A DNA stretch of 64,000 nt, taken from the NCBI GenBank assembly GCA_902551155.1, contig CACDBG010000003.1, positions 12,887 through 76,886 on the forward strand, given 5' to 3'. Shown here in pieces: positions 17,118 to 26,038 of this stretch (position 1 is the first letter of the stretch; each line of letters begins with the position of its first letter). Both the position numbers and the translations under genes were made by a program. Source of the stretch: an uncultured Verrucomicrobiota bacterium (GTDB taxonomy: Bacteria; Verrucomicrobiota; Verrucomicrobiia; Limisphaerales; UBA1100). The notes beneath the pieces are model-generated. The model saw only the letters and a program-made list of their open reading frames with translations, searched no databases and was not told where the DNA came from.

Positions 17118-18653
17118 CTAACGTTGTTTTCCCGCGGTTGGTTTTGGCTGCCTAATAGGCCACAGGCGGCTTCCGGTACGAGCGGATCGAAGATAGGATT
17201 CAAAGTCTTTAATGATTTCCGGATTATTGCGCGCTACGTTTTGGGATTCTGACGGGTCTCTCTTGAGATTATAAAGTTCCAGAGGTTGGCCGAGCGTTTT
17301 CCGTATTACTTTCCAATCACCTTTACGGGCAGCCTGTCTTGAACCGTACTCATGCCAATGTGTCTCCCAGTAGAGATAATCATGTTTGGCCTTCTGTTCG
17401 CCGTCCAAGAGGGTTGGCATAAATGATATGCCGTCAATTTCGCGTGGTTTTGGGAGTCGAGCAGCAGAAAGAATCGTTGGCAGAACATCCCAATGGGCAA
17501 ACATCGTTTCACTAACAGTATTGGGATTAATTTTACCTGTCCATCGAACGATCATGGGAACGCGTATTCCGCCTTCGTGTAGTTGACCTTTAGTGCCTCG
17601 GAAGGGTCCTGCACTTCGAAAGAATGCAGGATTGCTGCCTCCCTCATGGGCTGGCCCGTTATCGCTGGTAAAGAAGATGAGAGTATCCTCATCCAATTTA
17701 CGTTTCTTGAGTTCATGTAGTATTTTCCCAACGCCGATATCTAGGTGGCTAATCATTGCCGCTTTACTTCGTTTTTCTCTTGGCCATCGTTCCCCGCCGT
17801 AACGACCAAGTGATGGAACCTCCCAACCGTTTCCGGTTTTTTGGTGGAGTTTTTCGTTAATGTGAGGGGCTGTGTAGTGAAGGTACAAGAAGAAGGGGTT
17901 AGGGGTATGATGCTGAGGGTGGTAGGTTTTTATGGAGTCTACTGCAGCATATGTTAGGAGGTCGGTTGAGTAGCCGCGCCTTTGGCCGCCGGCATTGGGG
18001 TGGAAGTCGACCATCCCATCACGATATCCATAACTTCCCGGCCCTGCCGCACCGGGTGAATAGCGCCAAAATTGAACAGGATAATGATTATTTGCATGTG
18101 ATTGATCTACGAAACCCATCCATTGGTGGAAGTGCATTTTTCTTGGTTCCCCGGGAGATCCGGGATGTCCCAAGTTCCATTTGCCTAAGGCAATAGTTTT
18201 ATACCGCGCATTGCCTACTAGGTATCGCGGAATAATCGTATCAATTGTTCGCAACGAGGCGGGCTCATTGCCGCGAATGTAGGTGTGGCCAGTGTGTTGA
18301 CCGGTAAATAGTACACTTCGTGATGCATTGCCTATTGGCGACCCTGCATAAAATTGAGTGAATCGCATTCCCTCAGATGCTAGCTTGTCTATGTAGGGTG
18401 TTTTGATCAGTTTTTGGCCGTATTTCCCCAAATCCCCCCATCCAAGATCATCTGCTACGATCAATATGATATTTGGCGTTTCAGGAGATATTCTCTCGCC
18501 TGGGTTCGGCGGTAAAACTGCTCTGGGTTGTGAAGGTGGTGAAGGCCGTGCTGGCGTAGGTGTTGGTTGCGCCTGTATGGTTAAAAAAGTTAGGAAGCAG
18601 GCCCATACATACACTACAATTGTGAACGTCAATTTGTTTAACATAACTTTCAT
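17118..18653 (-). CDS. sulfatase-family (alkaline-phosphatase superfamily) protein with a non-canonical active-site motif
   Basis: Signal peptide and a Pro-rich linker. Metal-site motifs IILIVADDLGWGD and FFTSDNGP, plus QLHEGGIRVP. The expected C-x-P-S-R block reads G-N-A-S-R, verified at the DNA level: GGC AAT GCA TCA CGA on the minus strand, about 18315-18329. Confidence 0.85.
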   Translation of the reverse strand: MKVMLNKLTFTIVVYVWACFLTFLTIQAQPTPTPARPSPPSQPRAVLPPNPGERISPETPNIILIVADDLGWGDLGKYGQKLIKTPYIDKLASEGMRFTQFYAGSPIGNASRSVLFTGQHTGHTYIRGNEPASLRTIDTIIPRYLVGNARYKTIALGKWNLGHPGSPGEPRKMHFHQWMGFVDQSHANNHYPVQFWRYSPGAAGPGSYGYRDGMVDFHPNAGGQRRGYSTDLLTYAAVDSIKTYHPQHHTPNPFFLYLHYTAPHINEKLHQKTGNGWEVPSLGRYGGERWPREKRSKAAMISHLDIGVGKILHELKKRKLDEDTLIFFTSDNGPAHEGGSNPAFFRSAGPFRGTKGQLHEGGIRVPMIVRWTGKINPNTVSETMFAHWDVLPTILSAARLPKPREIDGISFMPTLLDGEQKAKHDYLYWETHWHEYGSRQAARKGDWKVIRKTLGQPLELYNLKRDPSESQNVARNNPEIIKDFESYLRSARTGSRLWPIRQPKPTAGKQR

Positions 18654-18904
18654 TTATCCCTCCTTGTGGGATCGTTGCCGAAAACAACTTTCCAAATACT
18701 ATCTGGATTGAGGTGCTATGAAACGGCAACTTATTAACATAACACATCAAATATGGACCGAAATTCGATATGGGTGCGGCTAATTATAAGGCCGATTCAG
18801 GGGTGTCTAATGCGATATAGTTTTGGCGTGAGTTATAGAGATGCTGCTTTGCCCGAAAAACAGGCGAAGCTTGTAAGTAGAGGAGCTTTTGCCTAACTTG
18901 TGAT

Positions 18905-20254
18905 ATGTCTTCGACTGGCCCGAAAGATGCGCCGAAGGACTGGCGCGGCGTTATCAAGCATCTCGGTCCGGGGTTAATTATTACTGCTTGTATTGTTGGT
19001 TCAGGAGAACTGATTGCTACGCCCAAAGTTGGGGCTGAATATGGATTCAGCCTGCTCTGGTTCATTATTGCCGGTTGCATGATAAAGGTGTTAGTACAAG
19101 TGGAGCTTGGACGTTTCGCAATTTCCAAGGGGATGACCACGCTGGAAGCAATGAACACCATGCCTGGGCCCCGTTTCATCGTTTCATGGCTAGTTTGGTG
19201 TTGGCTTTTCATGTTTATTGGCATTCTTTTTCAGTTGGGAGGCATTGTGGGAGGTGTGGGAAAGGTGGTAGCGGAATTGGGTTGGTTATCGCAACTGGGT
19301 GAGAATGCTGATCGGGTGATTGCTATAGCTGTAAGTGCGGCAACCGTTGTCATACTTGCTTCCGGAAAATATAAACCAGTTGAGATTTTTTCCACAATCA
19401 TGGTGGTGCTCTTTACGCTGGCGACTTTATTTGCATTGGGAAGTTTACAATTCTCGCCTGACATGGCGGATTATAAAATAACCACGGGGGACATTATGGA
19501 AGGTTTGAAGTTTAAGTTACCTAGTGATTTTTCAACAGCCTTTGCCGCATTTGGCATCATAGGGGTAGGGGCCTCCGAATTGATTTACTATCCGTATTGG
19601 TGTCTGGAAAAGGGATATGCACGGAATGTGGGAACGGCAAACCCCACTTCAGTGTGGTATGAACGTGCGAAAGGTTGGCTGCGAATCATGCGAATTGATG
19701 CTTGGCTTTCCATGGTGGTATACACCGGTGCAACCGTTGCATTCTTTCTTTTGGGTGCGGCGTTGCTGCACGGAACGCAGCAGGTGCAGGACGGCAACAT
19801 GATCGCTGCATTGTCAGAGATGTATCGGCCGCTAGGAAAAGCGGGGTTAACGATTTTTTTGGTCGGAGCGTTTGTGGTGCTCTTTTCGACGATGGTTACA
19901 GCCTCGGCCTCTAACGCCCGGTTGCTTGCCGACGGCTTAATTCTGTTTACCGTAATTCCCAAACCAAAAGATGAAGAGAGACGAGGGCAGTTATTGTCCA
20001 AATGTTGCATTGCTGTACCTGTTTTTTGCGCGATCGTATATTTTCTGATCGGAGCTCCCGTTTCATTAGTTCTCGTGGGTGGGGTCGCGCAGGCGTTGAT
20101 GTTGCCATTCTTGTCGATTGCCGCTTTGTATTTTCGTTATAAACAAACCGATAAAGCTCTTCAGCCAGGGAGAGTATGGACCGTTTTTCTCTGGCTATCG
20201 GCGTTGGCTATGTCAGCAGTGGGGTTATTTCAATTATATCAAAAATTGTCCTGA
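18905..20254 (+). CDS. Nramp(SLC11)-superfamily transporter, divergent binding site
   Basis: The TM1 region LGPGLIITACIVGSGELIATPKVGAEYGFSLLW aligns with MntH [33 protein letters not shown]. The TM6 region IIGVGASELIYY aligns with IIGATVMPHVIY. 449 aa, polytopic. Confidence 0.8.
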   Translation: MSSTGPKDAPKDWRGVIKHLGPGLIITACIVGSGELIATPKVGAEYGFSLLWFIIAGCMIKVLVQVELGRFAISKGMTTLEAMNTMPGPRFIVSWLVWCWLFMFIGILFQLGGIVGGVGKVVAELGWLSQLGENADRVIAIAVSAATVVILASGKYKPVEIFSTIMVVLFTLATLFALGSLQFSPDMADYKITTGDIMEGLKFKLPSDFSTAFAAFGIIGVGASELIYYPYWCLEKGYARNVGTANPTSVWYERAKGWLRIMRIDAWLSMVVYTGATVAFFLLGAALLHGTQQVQDGNMIAALSEMYRPLGKAGLTIFLVGAFVVLFSTMVTASASNARLLADGLILFTVIPKPKDEERRGQLLSKCCIAVPVFCAIVYFLIGAPVSLVLVGGVAQALMLPFLSIAALYFRYKQTDKALQPGRVWTVFLWLSALAMSAVGLFQLYQKLS

Positions 20255-20376
20255 TAATCTATTTACTTGTAGAGGGGCTGGGTTGGGGCAGGTTTTGTTA
20301 TAGATTATGCAACAAATTTACGTTTTTTTTTTAGATCCTCTTGACCCAGCCGCATTGTGGTTGTTTTTCTAGGTGT

Positions 20377-21615
20377 GTGGAACGACTGCCTGGGTTTCGT
20401 GATTTTTTCCCTGAGCCTCTGCCTAAAGGTGAGGCTTGGAGCGCTGACGTGCGCGAATATATCTTTGATCGTTGGAAAACGGTTGCGCGGAGGTACGCGT
20501 TTCAGGCTTATGATGGGCCTCCATTAGAGCCTTTAGAACTCTACAAGGCCAAAAGCGGTGAGGAGATTGTTGGGCAGTTGTATAATTTCACGGATAAGGG
20601 TGAGCGTGAGGTGTCCATGCGTCCGGAAATGACTCCTACCGTGGCACGAATGGTTGCAGCTCGCGAACGGCATTACAAAAAGCCAATTAAATGGTATTCG
20701 GCTCCTCAACTATTTCGTTATGAGCGCCAACAAAAGGGGCGTTTACGGGAGCATTTCCAGTTTAATGCTGATATTTTTGGAGAGGATGATCCTGCATCTG
20801 ACGCGGAATTGATTGCGCTTCTTATTGATGTGTTGCGCAGTTTTGATCTGTCGGCTGAGGATTTTGTGATTCGCCTCAGTAGTCGAAATGCCTGGCAAGA
20901 TTTTTTCACTAAAAACTGTAGCGATCCAAGTCTTGCCCATGAATTTTACCAGACAGTAGATAAAATTGAACGTACGCCGCCGGAAGAGAGTGATCAAAAA
21001 TTTAAATTGTTGGGGTTCAGGCTCGAACAGGTGCGTGATTTTATCGATTCGGGAAAACCTTCTGAAGAGTTGCAGATTGTTCTCGATAACCTCTCGGCCC
21101 GCGGTCTCAATGATTATGTGAAAATTGATTATAATGTTATACGCGGTTTGGCGTATTACACAGGTGTTGTATATGAGGCTTTTGACCGGCAGGGAAAATT
21201 TCGCGCTATTGCCGGAGGTGGGCGTTATGATCAATTGGTGAATCTTGTTTCCGGTGGCAAAAACGATTTACCTGCCGCTGGGTTCGCTATGGGGGATGTG
21301 GTTCTGGCCGAATTACTGAAGGACCGTAAGCTGCTTCCGGAGTTTAGCCAATTCATCGATGCGTATGTATTAATCGAAGATGAAGCCTTCCGGAATGACT
21401 CATTAAGGCTTGTGCAGAAAATCCGGGATTTAGGTTTAAATGCCGAATATTCCATAGCAGCTCAAAAATCAGACAAACAATTTAAGAAAGCGATGGAATT
21501 GGGTGCACTCTTTACTGTGCGTTTGGTGGCGTCAGATCAAGCAATGGTTAAGAACTTGAAAAGCCGCGAAGAAACGTCAATGCCGCTAGAGCAGGTAGCC
21601 GAACATCTTGTTTAA
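20377..21615 (+). CDS. hisS: histidine--tRNA ligase
   Basis: Class II motifs: LPGFRDFFPE, MRPEMTPTVARM, RYERQQKGRLREHFQFNADIFG, AGGGRYDQL, and a C-terminal anticodon-binding domain. The ORF opens at TTG 20341. GTG 20377 (VERLPGFRD) fits HisS N-termini better. Confidence 0.93.
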   Translation: MERLPGFRDFFPEPLPKGEAWSADVREYIFDRWKTVARRYAFQAYDGPPLEPLELYKAKSGEEIVGQLYNFTDKGEREVSMRPEMTPTVARMVAARERHYKKPIKWYSAPQLFRYERQQKGRLREHFQFNADIFGEDDPASDAELIALLIDVLRSFDLSAEDFVIRLSSRNAWQDFFTKNCSDPSLAHEFYQTVDKIERTPPEESDQKFKLLGFRLEQVRDFIDSGKPSEELQIVLDNLSARGLNDYVKIDYNVIRGLAYYTGVVYEAFDRQGKFRAIAGGGRYDQLVNLVSGGKNDLPAAGFAMGDVVLAELLKDRKLLPEFSQFIDAYVLIEDEAFRNDSLRLVQKIRDLGLNAEYSIAAQKSDKQFKKAMELGALFTVRLVASDQAMVKNLKSREETSMPLEQVAEHLV

Positions 21616-21616
21616 T

Positions 21617-23146
21617 ATGAGGGATCTTTACATAGGAATCGATAGTGGTACTCAGTCTACAAAAGCTCTTGTGGTAGATGCTAAAAATGGAAAAGTGCTT
21701 GGCACTGGACAACGTGGATACGGTTTTATTAAGGGCTTGCCGACTGGCGCAAAGGAACAACATCCAGAAACTTGGAAAAAAGCCGCGGCCTACGCTATCA
21801 GGACTTCTTTAAAGGAGGCCAAAGCAAGTGCAGCTGAAGTCAAAGGGATTGGGGTTAGTGGGCAACAGCATGGATTTGTGCCTTTGAATAAAAGGGGTGA
21901 GGTCATACGTGCGGCCAAACTTTGGTGTGATACGACGACTGGCGCACAATGTGATGCTATTACCAAAAAACTCGGCGGGCTAAAAAAAACAATTCGTCAC
22001 GTTGGTAATGCAATGCTGCCTGGTTTTACTGCGCCTAAGATCGCTTGGTTAAAAAAGCATGAGCCCAAAAAATATCGTTATTTGGCTACCGTTTTGTTGC
22101 CGCATGATTACTTAAATCACTGGCTAACGGGTAATGCAGTTATGGAATATGGTGATGCGAGCGGCACTGCTCTTATGGATGTTGCCAAGAGGCGATGGGC
22201 AGCCGCTGCTATTAACGCGATTGATCCGAATTTGGCGAATGCTTTGCCACCATTAATTTCCAGTGATCAACCCGCGGGAAACTTATCGGCCGCTACGGCA
22301 AAGGCTCTGGGTTTGTCTACTGAAACTGTGGTGAGTGCCGGCGGCGGGGACAACATGATGGGGGCGATTGGTACAGGTAACACAAAGCCCGGGATTGTGA
22401 CGGCGAGCTTTGGGACTAGTGGAACCATATATGCCTGTTCAGCAAAGCCGGTGATAGATCCTCTCGGTGAAATTGCTGCATTTTGTGACTCAACTAATCG
22501 CTGGTTGCCTCTCTTGTGTACAATGAATGTAACGGTAGCTACTGAAATGGTGCGTGAGCACTATGGGATGACTCATATTCAGTATGAAAAGGAAGCGAGT
22601 AAAATTCGTCCGGGTAGTGAGGGCTTGGTTCTTTTGCCCTACCTTGAAGGGGAACGCACTCCAAGTGTTCCGAATGGAACTGGGGTTTGGTTTGGCGTAA
22701 ATACTCGCAATAATAAACGAGGTCACTTTGCCCGTGCTGCGATGGAGGGAGTAACGATGGGGATGAATTATGGGCTTAAACGATTGGCTAATTTAGGAGT
22801 AAAGGCGCGTCAAATCCGGGTTACAGGAGGCGGAGCGAATTCTAAGGTGTGGCGCCAAATAATGGCTGACATATTTAATGCTGAAGTAGTAACTCTTTCG
22901 GTCAGTGAGGGCGCTGCATATGGGGCTGCGATTCAAGCTATGTGGTGCGTAGGGCGAACACAAAGTGGTAAATCATCTATCGAGGAACTTACAGATCGGT
23001 TCGTGAAGATAAACAAAAGTCAAATCTCTAGGCCTAAGCCAAAGAATGTGCCGGTTTATAGGGAGTTTAATTCAATTCAGGATAATTTATCTACTAGTTT
23101 ACGGACAGTTTTTGATTCACACAGAGGGTTGCTCGTTTGTGAATAG
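21617..23146 (+). CDS. xylB: xylulokinase (FGGY carbohydrate kinase)
   Basis: LYIGIDSGTQSTKALVVD, GVSGQQHGFV, FGTSGT, and the C-terminal GGGANSKVWRQIMADIF. Confidence 0.85.
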   Translation: MRDLYIGIDSGTQSTKALVVDAKNGKVLGTGQRGYGFIKGLPTGAKEQHPETWKKAAAYAIRTSLKEAKASAAEVKGIGVSGQQHGFVPLNKRGEVIRAAKLWCDTTTGAQCDAITKKLGGLKKTIRHVGNAMLPGFTAPKIAWLKKHEPKKYRYLATVLLPHDYLNHWLTGNAVMEYGDASGTALMDVAKRRWAAAAINAIDPNLANALPPLISSDQPAGNLSAATAKALGLSTETVVSAGGGDNMMGAIGTGNTKPGIVTASFGTSGTIYACSAKPVIDPLGEIAAFCDSTNRWLPLLCTMNVTVATEMVREHYGMTHIQYEKEASKIRPGSEGLVLLPYLEGERTPSVPNGTGVWFGVNTRNNKRGHFARAAMEGVTMGMNYGLKRLANLGVKARQIRVTGGGANSKVWRQIMADIFNAEVVTLSVSEGAAYGAAIQAMWCVGRTQSGKSSIEELTDRFVKINKSQISRPKPKNVPVYREFNSIQDNLSTSLRTVFDSHRGLLVCE

Positions 23147-23237
23147 ATAGTGCATAACCAAGTTCTCTTGTTAATAAGCGAATAAATAACGCCCTCAGTC
23201 ATTGGAAATATGGCTGAAAGTGTGTTACCTTTATTAT

Positions 23238-23591
23238 ATGAAGTTGGTCCTGTCTACTCACAAAGTAACCCTCAGTAGCGCCCTCAAATCCCACGTTCGT
23301 CATTGCATTGAAAAGTTGGACCACCAAGAGACGCATGCCCTAAAGGCGTTTGTGAACCTTGAACGTGATCACACTGGTGGGTCAGATAGAAAGTATGCCT
23401 GCACGATGAAAATAGCTTTGCCCGGCCAGAATGTTGTTGCCCGAGATTCAGAAAGTGATCTCTATGCGGCCATCGATTTGGTGACCAAGAAGATACAGTC
23501 ACAATTACGTAAGCGTCACAATAAGTTCAAGGCAAAGAATCACAAACAGGCCGCAACGGCAAAGCGGGCTTTACGGAAAATGGCTGCTTAG
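23238..23591 (+). CDS. hpf: ribosome hibernation promoting factor / RaiA family (short form)
   Basis: The sequence from MKLVLSTHKVTLSSALKSHVRHCIEKL to DLYAAIDLVTKKIQSQLRKRHNK matches the sigma-54-modulation / S30EA fold pattern. Confidence 0.85.
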   Translation: MKLVLSTHKVTLSSALKSHVRHCIEKLDHQETHALKAFVNLERDHTGGSDRKYACTMKIALPGQNVVARDSESDLYAAIDLVTKKIQSQLRKRHNKFKAKNHKQAATAKRALRKMAA

Positions 23592-23636
23592 CTGTTGTCG
23601 TTGACCTTGCGCTCATCAAATCGTTAGTTTCCTCAC

Positions 23637-24872
23637 ATGCTTTTGCGTGCTCGCTGCGTCTACCCGATGGTTGGCTTGCCCATTGAAGATGGGTATGTGC
23701 GCATTATTGATGGATATATAGTTGATGTGGGACTTTGGTCCGAATGCGGCGATCGAAATGAATATCAAGATTTAGGAGATGTTCTTCTCCTGCCGGGGTT
23801 GATAAACGCCCATTGCCACCTTGAATACACCAATTTAGCTGGAGCTATTCCTCCGCCTGAATCATTTACTGAGTGGATTCAGGCGTTCATAGAAAAGAAG
23901 GCAGGTGTTGATGACTCAAGTTTCCGTCAATCGTGGCTGGAAGGTGCTCGGCAAGCTTTAGATTACGGAACGACTACCATGGGGAATGTTGATACCAGAT
24001 GCGACCTGCTCCCAAGCCTTTGGGCGGCAACTCCGTTGCGGATTATTTCGTTTATTGAATCAATACTTTTTGAAAATGATATAGATGGCCCAGAATTCGT
24101 TGGGAAATTAAAAGAATGGCTGTCTGAAAATAAACCTGCTAATGGCAAAATTGGGGTTTCACCACATGCTCCGTATACTACCAAACCTGACTTTCTTCAG
24201 GAGTGTGGGGCAAAGCTAAATGTACCAATGTCAATGCACATTGCAGAATCATCTGAGGAAAATCAGATGTTTCGGGATGGTGGGGGAGATATGTGGGAAA
24301 TGTTTTGCGAGGCTGGTCGGGATGTGAGTGATTGTGGGGGTAGATCCCCATTGGCGGGAGCTATTGAGGCCGGCTTGCTGGATAAGCAGATGTTGCTGGT
24401 GCACGGAAATTATCTGGATTCCTATGATATTGCCGCAATTGCAAAGTCAAAAACGAATGTGGTGCATTGTCCGCGGAGTCATGATTATTTCAGGCATAGA
24501 GCATTTCCTGCTATTGAAATGAAATACTCAGGGGTGAATCTGTGTCTTGGAACGGACAGTCTTGTAACTATGCGGGATCCTGAATCAAAACTAGAGTTGT
24601 TTTCAGAAATGCGATTGTTCCGAGATAACAATCCGGGATGGTCGTCGAGTAGTATCATTGAAATGGTAACTATAAACCCAGCGAAAGCATTGGGCATGGA
24701 AGGGGAAATAGGTTGTTTGAATACGGGGGCCAAAGCCGATTTGCTTGGGCTGCCTTTTGATACAACAATAAATTCCGTGGAGGAAATGATCATTGAACAT
24801 CGAGGACCTGTAGATTTAGTGATGGTAGAGGGTCAAAGTTTTAATGAAGTAAACCGTGCATCTGGCATATGA
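23637..24872 (+). CDS. amidohydrolase-superfamily nucleoside/nucleobase deaminase (MtaD / DadD / aminodeoxyfutalosine deaminase-like)
   Basis: Metal ligands in the canonical order: INAHCHLEYT (HxH), HIAES, VHGNYL, GTDS. ATGA overlap with bioF. Confidence 0.75.
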   Translation: MLLRARCVYPMVGLPIEDGYVRIIDGYIVDVGLWSECGDRNEYQDLGDVLLLPGLINAHCHLEYTNLAGAIPPPESFTEWIQAFIEKKAGVDDSSFRQSWLEGARQALDYGTTTMGNVDTRCDLLPSLWAATPLRIISFIESILFENDIDGPEFVGKLKEWLSENKPANGKIGVSPHAPYTTKPDFLQECGAKLNVPMSMHIAESSEENQMFRDGGGDMWEMFCEAGRDVSDCGGRSPLAGAIEAGLLDKQMLLVHGNYLDSYDIAAIAKSKTNVVHCPRSHDYFRHRAFPAIEMKYSGVNLCLGTDSLVTMRDPESKLELFSEMRLFRDNNPGWSSSSIIEMVTINPAKALGMEGEIGCLNTGAKADLLGLPFDTTINSVEEMIIEHRGPVDLVMVEGQSFNEVNRASGI

Positions 24873-26038
24873 CCAACTTCTTTCAGGAATATTTAAATGA
24901 GCAGCTGCAGCAAGTGGATGCTGATTCTTTGAGGCGAAGGCTTGCGCATTTGGAAACTGCTCAAGGAGTCGAAATACGGGTCGATAATAAGAGTTACTTA
25001 AATTTTTCCTCCAACGACTATCTAGGGCTTGCAGCCCGATCAGAGCTTAAGGTTGCGGCTGTACAGGCCGTGAATTTATATGGAGCAGGATCAGGGTCAG
25101 CTCGGTTAATTAGTGGATCAAATAGGCTGATTCATGAGTTGGAATCCAGTTTAGCGACTTTTAAGGGGGTGGAAGCATCTCTTTGTTTCTCAAATGGTTA
25201 TAGCGCAGCATTAGGGGCAGTGACGGCCTTGGTTGGGGAAGGTGATATCGTGGTGATTGATAAACTTGTTCATGCTTGTATGGTAGATGCAGCAAAATTA
25301 TCTGGTGCTAAATTGCGTGTTTTTAAACACAACGATCTAACTGATTTAGAGCGCATTTTACAGTGGGCAGATCGTGGTGAAGGAAAGACCTTGGTTCTTG
25401 CTGAGAGCGTTTATTCTATGGATGGAGATATCGCTCCCTTACGTGATATTGTGGAGTTAAAAAACCGTTATGGTGCATGGTTAATGGTAGATGAAGCACA
25501 TGCAACCGGCCTATATGGTAAATGCCGGAGAGGGATGGCAGAGGAGTTTGGCGTTGGTTCGCAAATTGATGTGCAGATGGGGACTCTGGGCAAGGCATTA
25601 GGTAGCGCTGGTGGGTTTGTTTGTGGGTCGCAAAGTCTGGTAGACCTATTAGTCAATCGGGCACGAAGTTTTATTTTTACGACAGCGCCGGTCCCTGCGC
25701 AAATTTCAGCAGCTATTAAGGCCTTAGAGATGGTTGGGTCTGGTGAAGGAGAATTATTGCGTGCACAGCTCTGGTCAAATGTCGATCGTTTGAAAAATGG
25801 TTTGATTAAGCTTGGTTGGAAGCTTCCGACGGTGCGTAGTGCGATTGTACCTATTATGGTCGGTGATGAAGCTACGGCGATGGCGTTGTCTGATCGTTTG
25901 AGAAATGCTGGTGTGTGGGTGCCTGCAGTCAGGTACCCCACTGTTGCTAAAGGGTCGGCACGATTAAGGTTAACTCTCAGTGCCTCGCACAAGCCTGAAC
26001 ACATTGAGGCGTTTTTGGAGACTTTAGGGAATGCATAA
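24869..26038 (+). CDS. bioF: 8-amino-7-oxononanoate synthase
   Basis: Alpha-oxoamine synthase pattern: NFSSNDYLGL, DEAHATGLYG, and the PLP lysine in GTLGKALG. Followed by bioA with an 8-nt overlap. Confidence 0.92.
   Translation: MTNFFQEYLNEQLQQVDADSLRRRLAHLETAQGVEIRVDNKSYLNFSSNDYLGLAARSELKVAAVQAVNLYGAGSGSARLISGSNRLIHELESSLATFKGVEASLCFSNGYSAALGAVTALVGEGDIVVIDKLVHACMVDAAKLSGAKLRVFKHNDLTDLERILQWADRGEGKTLVLAESVYSMDGDIAPLRDIVELKNRYGAWLMVDEAHATGLYGKCRRGMAEEFGVGSQIDVQMGTLGKALGSAGGFVCGSQSLVDLLVNRARSFIFTTAPVPAQISAAIKALEMVGSGEGELLRAQLWSNVDRLKNGLIKLGWKLPTVRSAIVPIMVGDEATAMALSDRLRNAGVWVPAVRYPTVAKGSARLRLTLSASHKPEHIEAFLETLGNA

Noticed and set aside
18654-18904. Possible Mn2+ (yybP-ykoY) or other metal riboswitch upstream of the Nramp-like gene
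   Set aside because: I could not find the conserved yybP-ykoY core elements or any other riboswitch consensus by eye. Only generic hairpins are present. I kept it as a low-interest structured leader, not as a riboswitch call.
18481-19224. Minus-strand ORFs 18481-18750 and 18784-19224 in and around the sulfatase / Nramp divergent region
   Set aside because: The first overlaps the sulfatase signal-peptide region out of frame. The second is antisense to the Nramp-like 5' end. Neither has recognisable features.
20307-20372. 21-codon ORF (MQQIYVFFLDPLDPAALWLFF) upstream of hisS, considered as a leader peptide
   Set aside because: It contains no His codons. Its Phe codons simply reflect a T10 run, no adjacent terminator hairpin is evident, and it overlaps the possible TTG start of hisS. 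There is no basis for calling an attenuator.
20743-21234. 163-aa minus-strand ORF inside hisS
   Set aside because: It is antisense to a complete class II HisS, and its Ile/Phe/Asn-rich translation looks like non-coding sequence.
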